DNA of 64,000 nt from Candidatus Magasanikiibacteriota bacterium (GTDB lineage: Bacteria > Patescibacteriota > Patescibacteriia > Magasanikbacterales > UBA922). Shown here piece by piece: positions 19,355-27,300 of the stretch (the first letter of the stretch is position 1; each line of letters starts with the position of its first letter). The stretch covers positions 198,612 to 262,611 of the forward strand of contig JBAYVA010000001.1 in the NCBI GenBank assembly GCA_041674805.1. Reading direction: 5' to 3'. Under the pieces are notes generated by a model. The model worked only from the letters and a program-made list of their open reading frames with translations. It was not told where the DNA came from and did no database searches. A program made the position numbers and the translations under genes.

Positions 19355-20215
19355 ATGTACAAAAGATATTTATTCACAGTTTTGGCAAGTTTTACTTTGC
19401 TTGGTGCTGGTTGTACTTCATCAATAAATATCAATACTAATTCTTTTTTTGATAAAAAAGTAGAAGTAGAGGATACTAGTCTCAAAGTAGGCTCTGCTGT
19501 GTTTGCTGAATGGAAAGATAAGACTTGGTACAAAGGTACTATCAATGCAACTTGTGAGGGCGGTTTTGATGTTTTGTTTTTGGATAATACAAATAAGTGT
19601 GTAACTGAATTGCAAATTTTGCGAGACAAACTGCCTAATATTGCAGATTTACAAGTAGGTAGCAAAGTAATTGCCAAATGGACAGCTAATGCTTATTATG
19701 ATGCGGAAATTATTAAAGTAAATCCTAATAATTTTACTGTCAGATATTATGACAAATTAGAAAGAGATGTTGTACTAGATGAAATAATTTTGGATAATCG
19801 TGTAGAAGTAAGAGGCACTGTTGAATTACAAAAGACTTCTGAAATAAAGACTTCTGAAATATTGAAAGATAATTTTAAGGCAGGTGACAAAGTAATTGCT
19901 GAATGGATGACTTCTAATTCACTTTATTCAGCAACAATTATTGGCATTTGTGAAAAAGGTTTAAATATAAAATATTATGATAACGCTGAAAAATGTTTAG
20001 CAACTTCACAAATTGTAATAGATTTGCCAGCAGAAAAAGATACTCTGGCAGTTGGTACTAAAGTATTAGTTAGAGATAGTAATACAAACAATTTTTTTGC
20101 TGGTGAAATTAGCAAAATTGTTGGTACTAATTATGAAACAAAGTTTTTGATATATGGTGATGAAGCTGTAAAAGTTTTGCCAATTAGTCAACTTAGATTA
20201 GACACTAGAAAATAA
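19355..20215 (+). CDS. Putative lipoprotein with four Tudor/Agenet-like repeats
   Basis: LLGAGC lipobox; repeats VGSAVFAEWKDKTWYKGTI, VGSKVIAKWTANAYYDAEI, AGDKVIAEWMTSNSLYSATI, VGTKVLVRDSNTNNFFAGEI. Confidence 0.72.
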   Translation: MYKRYLFTVLASFTLLGAGCTSSININTNSFFDKKVEVEDTSLKVGSAVFAEWKDKTWYKGTINATCEGGFDVLFLDNTNKCVTELQILRDKLPNIADLQVGSKVIAKWTANAYYDAEIIKVNPNNFTVRYYDKLERDVVLDEIILDNRVEVRGTVELQKTSEIKTSEILKDNFKAGDKVIAEWMTSNSLYSATIIGICEKGLNIKYYDNAEKCLATSQIVIDLPAEKDTLAVGTKVLVRDSNTNNFFAGEISKIVGTNYETKFLIYGDEAVKVLPISQLRLDTRK

Positions 20216-20229
20216 ATATTTAGATAAAA

Positions 20230-20264
20230 TAAAAAATCGCTTAAATATTTAAGCGATTTTTTTT
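20230..20264. terminator. Bidirectional intrinsic terminator
   Basis: AAAAAATCGCTTAAATATTTAAGCGATTTTTTTT palindrome between convergent genes. Confidence 0.8.
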
Positions 20265-20265
20265 G

Positions 20266-20649
20266 TTACTTTTTTAGAGAATCTCTTATTTCTCGCAGTA
20301 AGCGAATGTCTTCTGGGGTTTCTTTTGGTTTTGTTTCTTCTTTTTTCTTGAATTTATTGATTTGTTTTATCATAATAAAGATAGCAAAAGAAATAATGAG
20401 AAAATCCAAAACATTATTTATAAAAGCACCATAATTCAAGGTTATTGCTTCTGTTGTTTCTGTAGCTTTTTTTAGAGTTATTGCTAATTTGGAAAAATCC
20501 ACACCACCAGAAATGAAGCCAATTGGTGGCATAATAATATCATTGACCAAAGAAGTCACAATTTTGCCAAAAGCTCCACCGATAACTACACCAACTGCCA
20601 TGTCTAAGACATTTCCTTTCATGGCAAATTTTTTGAATTCTTGAAACAT
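20266..20649 (-). CDS. mscL: Large-conductance mechanosensitive channel
   Basis: [38 protein letters not shown]...LLREIRDSL. Confidence 0.97.
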   Translation of the reverse strand: MFQEFKKFAMKGNVLDMAVGVVIGGAFGKIVTSLVNDIIMPPIGFISGGVDFSKLAITLKKATETTEAITLNYGAFINNVLDFLIISFAIFIMIKQINKFKKKEETKPKETPEDIRLLREIRDSLKK

Positions 20650-20666
20650 AATTTATAAAAAATATT

Positions 20667-21317
20667 TTAGAATGAGAAAGATTTAAGCATTTCTTGTACA
20701 GTTGGAACAAACTTTTCAAAGTCACCTTGTTTACCAACATAAGTGATGATATAAGCATAATCATCCCAAACAGTGTAAGCTTGTACAACAGCTCCTACAA
20801 AATTTGTACCAGGATAAGTACCTGTATAAATTATTAATTTTCCAGGTTCACCGTCAATTGTCATATCTTCTTCTTTTGTCAATTTGAAATCAGGAATATT
20901 TTTAGTCAATTCTTTGATACTTTCTTTATGTAAAGTGTCTAGATCTATACCAATATCACCAAAATCTTGAAATAAAACATTTACATTTTCTAAAAAATCA
21001 TCTTTGTCTGATTGTTTTTTTGAGAAGAAACTTACTATCAAACTATTGTTTGATTCGCCTTCTTCTACATCCCAATTATTTGGGTAACTCATAGTGATAC
21101 CAGCATTATCATTGGTATAAGTTTTCATTGTGACAGGTTCTTCTTTGTTTGTTTCTGGAGTAGTTGTTTGTTCTACTTTGTTTTGAGCATTCAAATCATT
21201 GACAGTAGTTTCTACTTCATTTTTGAAATCTTTGCCAGCTTTGAATATTAAAAATCCAAAACCTAAAAGAGCTAACAAGATAATGACGACTAGAGCTAAA
21301 AGTATTTTTTTTACCAT
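20667..21317 (-). CDS. Membrane-anchored PsbP/DcrB-like protein
   Basis: N-terminal TM; YTNDNAGITMSYPNNW...ENVNV...AYIITY...MLKSFSF. Confidence 0.7.
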   Translation of the reverse strand: MVKKILLALVVIILLALLGFGFLIFKAGKDFKNEVETTVNDLNAQNKVEQTTTPETNKEEPVTMKTYTNDNAGITMSYPNNWDVEEGESNNSLIVSFFSKKQSDKDDFLENVNVLFQDFGDIGIDLDTLHKESIKELTKNIPDFKLTKEEDMTIDGEPGKLIIYTGTYPGTNFVGAVVQAYTVWDDYAYIITYVGKQGDFEKFVPTVQEMLKSFSF

Positions 21318-21349
21318 ATATTTTAATTATATTAGTTGTAAGATATAAT

Positions 21350-21513
21350 AGTGTTGTTTACACTTTTAGGAACGTTTAAAATTCACATAATTTCTAATTT
21401 CTAATTCCTAATAAAATTTCCAATTAGTTAATTTATACATTGGACATTTTATTAGGAATTATAAATTAGGTGAATTAGAAATTATTAACGTGTTTGTAAG
21501 TGTAAACAACACT
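21350..21513. mobile_element. MITE-like element with 16-bp perfect terminal inverted repeats
   Basis: AGTGTTGTTTACACTT (21350-21365) and AAGTGTAAACAACACT (21498-21513); interior is also self-complementary; no ORF. Confidence 0.65.
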
Positions 21514-21544
21514 CGTAATTCTTACATATTAGTTATTTAATTTT

Positions 21545-22597
21545 TTATTGAATGTTCAATGGTTTAGAAAAGAAAACGGGATCAATACTTGTAATATTTT
21601 TTCTAATAATATTTCGTATGTTTACAAGTTCGGGATATTCATAGAAAAATAATATTTTTTGATTTTTAATTGCATTTGCTGTTGGTTTGTCTGTAAGTAC
21701 AAAGTGGGCAAAACTTTCGGCAATATCTTCGTCTGTATCAGTAGCTGCATATTCAGTAATGAAATTTTCAGTATATTCTTCATAAAAATAAGTGACATCT
21801 TCTTCATACGCGTCGTAACCTACGATTGTTTCCCAATCTTCATATAATCCGCCACCCCAGAATTTTTGGAAATAAATAAAGGAATAAGCCTTATCATATA
21901 GACAACCTTCAGATAATAATATTGTTTCACAAGTGTATTCATCGTAGTTGTTATAATCTACTTGGCTACTGTTTAGTGTGATTAGATGACCAAATTCATG
22001 TACAAGAGTATAAGTAAAATCTTGTAAATCGAAAAATTTTCCTTTTTCTAATGTGTCTGCAGGATCAACATACAATCCCCAAACATTATCATCGTTTAAA
22101 TACATTGAAGCTAGAGAACCATCGATACCGTCTGTATTTATAATAAAATTGTTTATATATTTTGTAGTATTTATTTCACCAAAAATAGTGTAGAAGTAAT
22201 CCCATAAGAAATTATGTTCAGCTGTATTGTTTGCTTCCAAAGTAAATTCTGGGTCAGTAGTTTTGGTTGTTAAATTTATTTTTCCATCTGTAATTTTGTA
22301 AGTAGCTAAGTCTAAGCCATCCTCTCCATCTACATATTCTAAATTATCCAAATAAGAAACTATACTAGTATTATTTAAAAAATCTTTTTTTGGTAATACT
22401 TTTGCTTCTATTATTTCTTCTTCAATAACTTTTGCATTATTAGTTTCTTCAATTTGTGGTGTGTTTATTACTTGTTGTTTACTTGTATTAGTAAAAGTAA
22501 TGAGAGCTATTACAAAAAATATTATAATGGCTATTCCTGCAATACTTAGTAATAATATCCATTTGTATTGTTTGATAAAAGCTATGACTTTTTCCAT
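21545..22597 (-). CDS. Membrane-anchored zinc-dependent metallopeptidase
   Basis: TLVHEFGH and FITEYAATDTDEDIAESF motifs; N-terminal TM. Confidence 0.8.
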   Translation of the reverse strand: MEKVIAFIKQYKWILLLSIAGIAIIIFFVIALITFTNTSKQQVINTPQIEETNNAKVIEEEIIEAKVLPKKDFLNNTSIVSYLDNLEYVDGEDGLDLATYKITDGKINLTTKTTDPEFTLEANNTAEHNFLWDYFYTIFGEINTTKYINNFIINTDGIDGSLASMYLNDDNVWGLYVDPADTLEKGKFFDLQDFTYTLVHEFGHLITLNSSQVDYNNYDEYTCETILLSEGCLYDKAYSFIYFQKFWGGGLYEDWETIVGYDAYEEDVTYFYEEYTENFITEYAATDTDEDIAESFAHFVLTDKPTANAIKNQKILFFYEYPELVNIRNIIRKNITSIDPVFFSKPLNIQ

Positions 22598-22693
22598 ATT
22601 TTAAATTAAGATTTATTTGTGCTAATTTTATCAGAAATAGGGGATAGGAGCAAGTTTTTTGAATACAAAAAAGACCTTTTTATAAGGTCTTTT
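22590..22693. repeat. ~104-bp direct repeat, copy 1 (terminator + promoter + start codon)
   Basis: Near-identical to 27187-27290, including TTTATTTGTGCTAATTTTATCAGAAATAGGGG and the AAAAAGACCTT...AAGGTCTTTT hairpin. Confidence 0.85.
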
Positions 22694-22699
22694 GATTTT

Positions 22700-23071
22700 T
22701 TAGTTAAAAGTAGTGAAAATTATCATGCAAGCACCAAAAAGTAAGAATGGTAATATAAAGAAAGATATTAAACCTATACCAATGTAGCGTCTTTTTTTTC
22801 TAAAAGAGATATATATACTAGCTAACATGATTATAAAAAATATGGTTGAAATTGCTGAAAAATAATATCCTTCTAAAAAAGCGGAACCATAAATGGAGAG
22901 TTTTGTAAATATGGTCATTAAAAATATAGAGATTACAACTGGTCCAAAAAGACCTAATATAAAATCACGTGTTTTGTTACCTTTAGTTGCGTAATAACCT
23001 GGCTCTGTTTGATTCATTTTTTTTATTTCATCTATTTGTTCCAAACCATTTGGATTATTGGGATTATTCAT
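22700..23071 (-). CDS. 3-TM membrane protein, paralog 1 (C-terminal PFLLFGAC)
   Basis: Shares YY.xK..K..DF..G and KRxY...G...P motifs with 23132..23554 and 26748..27194. Confidence 0.75.
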   Translation of the reverse strand: MNNPNNPNGLEQIDEIKKMNQTEPGYYATKGNKTRDFILGLFGPVVISIFLMTIFTKLSIYGSAFLEGYYFSAISTIFFIIMLASIYISFRKKRRYIGIGLISFFILPFLLFGACMIIFTTFN

Positions 23072-23131
23072 ATTGTTTTTTAATGATTTAAATATAAAAA
23101 AATAAAGAACTAATAAAAAAAGCTATCACAA

Positions 23132-23554
23132 CTAGTTAAAAAATACAGCAAAACAAGATCCAAAAACTAATAAGGGTATAATTATTGTACTACTCATACC
23201 TACTATTAAATAATATCTTTTTGTTTTTAAGGTGTAATAAATAAAAGTTATTATAAAGAAAATAGGAATAATAGTATAAAACCATATTCCAAAAATCATA
23301 TCTGTATAAGCATATAAATATGGTATAATTGCTGCAAATAAGGCAATAAAAATGAATATATAGATAGCTCCTTTTGAAAAGTCGTCTATTTTTTCAGTTT
23401 TATTTTTGTAATAAGATGTAGTTTCTGTATTATTTTCAGAACTAGAATTAGAATCAGAAATAGAGGTAAAACCTGAAGAGTTTTTTTCAGCTTTTTCTAA
23501 AAATTTTAGAAGTTCACTTTCTTTATTTTCGGGATTATGATTTGGATTGTCCAT
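23132..23554 (-). CDS. 3-TM membrane protein, paralog 2 (C-terminal PLLVFGSC)
   Basis: N-terminal ESELLKFLEKAEK shared with 26748..27194; overlaps the Lgt-like gene by 20 nt. Confidence 0.75.
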   Translation of the reverse strand: MDNPNHNPENKESELLKFLEKAEKNSSGFTSISDSNSSSENNTETTSYYKNKTEKIDDFSKGAIYIFIFIALFAAIIPYLYAYTDMIFGIWFYTIIPIFFIITFIYYTLKTKRYYLIVGMSSTIIIPLLVFGSCFAVFFN

Positions 23555-24299
23555 ATTTTTTTTCTTTTAGATGCTTTAAATTTATAAACACTAAAGCAAT
23601 AAGTGAAATATATTGAAATAAAGTTAGCCCAAAATAGTGAGGATTGTCTCTGATAAATTCTTCAAAAAATCTAAATATAAAATAAGAATTCATGAGTAAA
23701 TAAAATAAATAGCCTGGTTGTGCTGTTTTCTTTTTGTATAATAAAACAAAAAATAACAGTGTCATGAAAATTATTTCGTATATTTGCGTAGGATGTCTGT
23801 TGATACCATCACCAAAATTTACTCCCCAAGGCAAGTTTGTAGCGATACCATAACAACAACCTTCCAAAAAACAACCAATTCTGCCAATAGCAACACCAAG
23901 AGCAATACCAGGTGCAAACAAATTTCCTTTTTTTTCTTTTATACCCAACTTCTTTTTTACGTACCAAATTGTCAAAGTACCACCGAGTAAGCCACCTGTA
24001 ATAGTACGACCAGATAAAATAAGTGCTAAATTGAAATTGTTTTCTAAAATTAATGGAAAATTTATTATCAAAATTGGTAATTTGGCACCAATTACACCAC
24101 CAAGTAAACCAGCCACTAAAATATAGATAGAATTATCATTTAAATTGTTTTCTTTTTTGGCAGCAAAGTAATAATAAATAAGTCCAACAATTAGCCCTAA
24201 CAAAACAAAAAAAGAATAAGATGGTATTTCTAAATTATTGATATGAAATAAAACAGGTTTTACACCCCAATTTTCTGGGTGAATATGTAGATCTATCAT
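23535..24299 (-). CDS. Divergent prolipoprotein diacylglyceryl transferase (Lgt)-family protein
   Basis: GRIGCFLEGCCYG in place of canonical GRxGNFxNxE; HPTQIYE; RFFEEFIR; TITGG in place of HGG. Confidence 0.85.
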   Translation of the reverse strand: MIDLHIHPENWGVKPVLFHINNLEIPSYSFFVLLGLIVGLIYYYFAAKKENNLNDNSIYILVAGLLGGVIGAKLPILIINFPLILENNFNLALILSGRTITGGLLGGTLTIWYVKKKLGIKEKKGNLFAPGIALGVAIGRIGCFLEGCCYGIATNLPWGVNFGDGINRHPTQIYEIIFMTLLFFVLLYKKKTAQPGYLFYLLMNSYFIFRFFEEFIRDNPHYFGLTLFQYISLIALVFINLKHLKEKKYGQSKS

Positions 24300-24301
24300 A
24301 T

Positions 24302-24784
24302 TTATTTTACTATTTTTTTGCTAAGAGAACAACATCCTCCAGCTTTCATACAATTGTAAAGCTTATAAGCAGGACATAAACCAAGAGCTGATACTGTCTT
24401 CATTATTGCTAAAAATAGTACAATTATCCAACCAATTTTAGTATTTATAAAATATAAGAATATGATAGCTAAGAGAGCAAAAAAACTACCAAGAGCGTGA
24501 GCAAAACGCATACCAGCTACTCCTGCATTTATTTTTTTACTTTTTACAAAAAGTCCAATAGTGTGGTTGTATAAGACAATCATTGGGGCGTGTTTGATTG
24601 TCAAAAGAGCTGAGAAAAATAATATAGCAAAAGTTAGTAAAACTAGTAATTTTAAGTGTAAAAAAAAGGCCAACCAAAGTATTAGCATGACACCATATCG
24701 ACAAAAAGCAAAAGCATCGCTTCTTATTTCTACAAAATCAGTTGAACAATTTTGGCAACTATTATTTTCTTCGGCTGTTAGCAT
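24302..24784 (-). CDS. DUF4395-like membrane protein
   Basis: RFAHALG and GLCPAYKLY motifs; Cys pairs at both ends (CQNC, CMKAGGCC). Confidence 0.7.
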   Translation of the reverse strand: MLTAEENNSCQNCSTDFVEIRSDAFAFCRYGVMLILWLAFFLHLKLLVLLTFAILFFSALLTIKHAPMIVLYNHTIGLFVKSKKINAGVAGMRFAHALGSFFALLAIIFLYFINTKIGWIIVLFLAIMKTVSALGLCPAYKLYNCMKAGGCCSLSKKIVK

Positions 24785-24790
24785 AAAATT

Positions 24791-25372
24791 TTATTTGTTT
24801 AGTTTAAATTTTGGGAAAAACATACCAACTTCTTTTTGATATTTTTTGTATTCTATAAAAGTTTGTGATAATAATTTTTCTTCTTGTTTGGCTCGGTAAT
24901 ACATGAAAGGTATGAAAATAAAGGCGTGAGCCAGAAAAGCTAAATAGTTACTGTACACCAAACATGAACCAATAAACATCATCATTAGAGAAGCATAGAG
25001 TGGATGTCTGACTAGATTATACATACCTGTTTTGGTAAGAGTATGGTTTTGATAAATTTTTATTTGGTTTGCCCAATTTTTACCTAAGTTTAGCCTTCCT
25101 ACAATGTTGATTGTACATCCAGCTACGATCATCGTCAATCCTGATAAAATCAGTATATATTGTAAATTTTGGGGTATTTGGATAGTACCTATTTGAAATC
25201 TAATTAATAGATAAAAGCCAACAAAAAATAAAGTCATAGTACCTGTTTCTACAATACTTCTTTTTTCTTTTGTGGCTTTTTTGTCTATTCCTTCTACAAA
25301 ATTGATAAGTATAGATGTGAACAGAGCAAACAGACAAATGCCAATAATTATGTTGGAAATTAGGTTTATCAT
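24791..25372 (-). CDS. Isoprenylcysteine carboxylmethyltransferase/PEMT-family membrane methyltransferase
   Basis: LGKNW...HTLTKTGMYNLVRHPLY...RAKQEEKLL...EYKKY...FFP. Confidence 0.88.
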   Translation of the reverse strand: MINLISNIIIGICLFALFTSILINFVEGIDKKATKEKRSIVETGTMTLFFVGFYLLIRFQIGTIQIPQNLQYILILSGLTMIVAGCTINIVGRLNLGKNWANQIKIYQNHTLTKTGMYNLVRHPLYASLMMMFIGSCLVYSNYLAFLAHAFIFIPFMYYRAKQEEKLLSQTFIEYKKYQKEVGMFFPKFKLNK

Positions 25373-26733
25373 TTTCGGTGGAACATGTTATAAGCTGAAA
25401 AAGGAATCTTTTTTAGCTCAGGAGTTATAATGTGGACACATTCTTTTTGCATAGATTTCATATCGAAGTTATAAACATCAATAAAAGAAGTGACACTAAT
25501 ACGAAAAGTATTTTCATCAATATATTTCAATTTTTCTTCTTGTGATTTTAACAAGAAACTTGCTGGGATAATATTTTTGACGTCTTTGATAAAGTTAGTA
25601 CAATTACAACCACCAATTCCAGAAAAAACTTCGTTGGATTTTTCTTTCAAAATTCTATCAGCATCAAAAGCAAAAGTATTATCTATCAAAGGCAAATAAC
25701 TTTTTACTTTTATTTTTCTCGTGATTGGCACAAATTTCTTTTTGTCTGATTTGACCATATATGTCACAGCCACTCTTTCTACATTGCAAGGTAGGGGAAT
25801 GATGTCACCTTTTTGAAATAAGTCTGGAGCTTGTTCTTCTATTTTTTTGATAACGCCTGACAAAGTCAATCTGTTTTTGGTATTTATTTCTCTCAATCTA
25901 CCAAAGTAGGTGACTGGTTGAAAATTGATACCTCTAATACCTTTGGTTTCCGTGCCAAATTCTATTATTTTGCCAATTTGATCATCGTTGTAACCTTTTT
26001 CTAAAGTAGTTACTAGAGTAATAGGTATTTCGTATTTGCGTAAATTTTCAATAGCTTTTAATTTTGTTTCAAGTAAATCTCTACCTCGTAAATGAGTATA
26101 AGTATTTTTGTCAAAACCATCAAATTGTAAATATACTTCAAATTTACCTTTGAATTGACTAAGTTCTTTGACAAATTCTTCATCTTCAGCAATTCTAATA
26201 CCATTGGTATTGAGCATGATATATTTGATCTTTTTTTCTCGAGCTGTTTTGATAATCTCTATTATTTCCGGATGAACAGTTGGTTCACCGCCACTAATTT
26301 GTAAAATTTCTGATTCACCACCTTCACTGTCTACCAAAAAATCCAACATTTCAGATATTTTTGCTACTGACAAAGGTTCGCCTTTGCCACTGTTAGCATA
26401 ACAAGTTGGGCAACCAAGATTACATTTGTTGGTGACTTCTATAAGAGCTATACAGGTGTGTTGATCATGTTGAGGACATAAACCGCAATCAAAAGGGCAA
26501 CCTTTGTCTGTTTTGGTTTGGGTTTTGCAAGGTGTACCGGGTTTGTCAAATTCTCTTTTGCTTAGATGATATTCAAGATTTTCTTCAAACAATTCTTCTT
26601 GTAAGCCGTGTTCTTTGCAAAATTTGTGTAAAAATACTTTTTCATCTTTTATGACAATTTTTGTAGGTATTACTTTTAGACATTTTGGGCAAATACTTGT
26701 GGTCGATTCGTGATAAATATAATTTCTATCCAT
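25369..26733 (-). CDS. Radical SAM enzyme, MJ0619/tetraether synthase (Tes)-like family
   Basis: N-terminal CPKC...CKEHG; auxiliary GCPFDCGLCPQHDQHTC; radical SAM CNLGCPTC; SGGEPT; C-terminal FIDVYNFD...ECVH...IPFSAYN. Confidence 0.85.
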   Translation of the reverse strand: MDRNYIYHESTTSICPKCLKVIPTKIVIKDEKVFLHKFCKEHGLQEELFEENLEYHLSKREFDKPGTPCKTQTKTDKGCPFDCGLCPQHDQHTCIALIEVTNKCNLGCPTCYANSGKGEPLSVAKISEMLDFLVDSEGGESEILQISGGEPTVHPEIIEIIKTAREKKIKYIMLNTNGIRIAEDEEFVKELSQFKGKFEVYLQFDGFDKNTYTHLRGRDLLETKLKAIENLRKYEIPITLVTTLEKGYNDDQIGKIIEFGTETKGIRGINFQPVTYFGRLREINTKNRLTLSGVIKKIEEQAPDLFQKGDIIPLPCNVERVAVTYMVKSDKKKFVPITRKIKVKSYLPLIDNTFAFDADRILKEKSNEVFSGIGGCNCTNFIKDVKNIIPASFLLKSQEEKLKYIDENTFRISVTSFIDVYNFDMKSMQKECVHIITPELKKIPFSAYNMFHRK

Positions 26734-26747
26734 ATTTTATGATAATT

Positions 26748-27194
26748 TTATAAATAAGTTTGTCCTGTAAATAAAAAAATTATTGCTTGGATTATTAATC
26801 CAGCAAGAAAAAATAATAAAGGTGGTAAAATTAGTATACAAATCATCAAACCTGCTACAAGATAATACCTTTTAGTTATTCTTAAAAATATAAAAATAAT
26901 TAAAATAATAACTAAACTAATCATTAAAAATAGAATTAAATATACTCTATCATCAAAAATATTTAAAATAAAATCTAGTATATATTTTCCAAATAATATC
27001 AAAAAACCTATTGAATAGACTAAACCTTTTATAAAATCTTGTTTTTTTTCAGCTTTATTTTTGTAATAAGATGCAGTTGATGTATTGTCAGAGTTAGAAA
27101 TAGAAGTAGAAGGTGAAGACTTTTTTTCTGATTTTTCTAATAATTTCAAAAGTTCACTTTCTTGCTCTTTTAAATTATCATCTTTATTTTCCAT
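26748..27194 (-). CDS. 3-TM membrane protein, paralog 3 (no terminal Cys)
   Basis: ESELLKLLEKSEK...SYYKNKAEKKQDFIKG...TKRYYLVAG; ends PPLLFFLAGL... Confidence 0.75.
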   Translation of the reverse strand: MENKDDNLKEQESELLKLLEKSEKKSSPSTSISNSDNTSTASYYKNKAEKKQDFIKGLVYSIGFLILFGKYILDFILNIFDDRVYLILFLMISLVIILIIFIFLRITKRYYLVAGLMICILILPPLLFFLAGLIIQAIIFLFTGQTYL

Positions 27195-27290
27195 ATTTGA
27201 AATTAAGGTTTATTTGTGCTAATTTTATCAGAAATAGGGGATAAAATCAAGTTTGTTGAAAACAAAAAAGACCTTTTATTAAGGTCTTTT
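27187..27290. repeat. ~104-bp direct repeat, copy 2 (terminator + sigma70 promoter)
   Basis: Minus strand TTGATT-N17-TAAAAT with extended TG; matches 22590-22693. Confidence 0.85.
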
Positions 27291-27300
27291 TTAGATTAGT

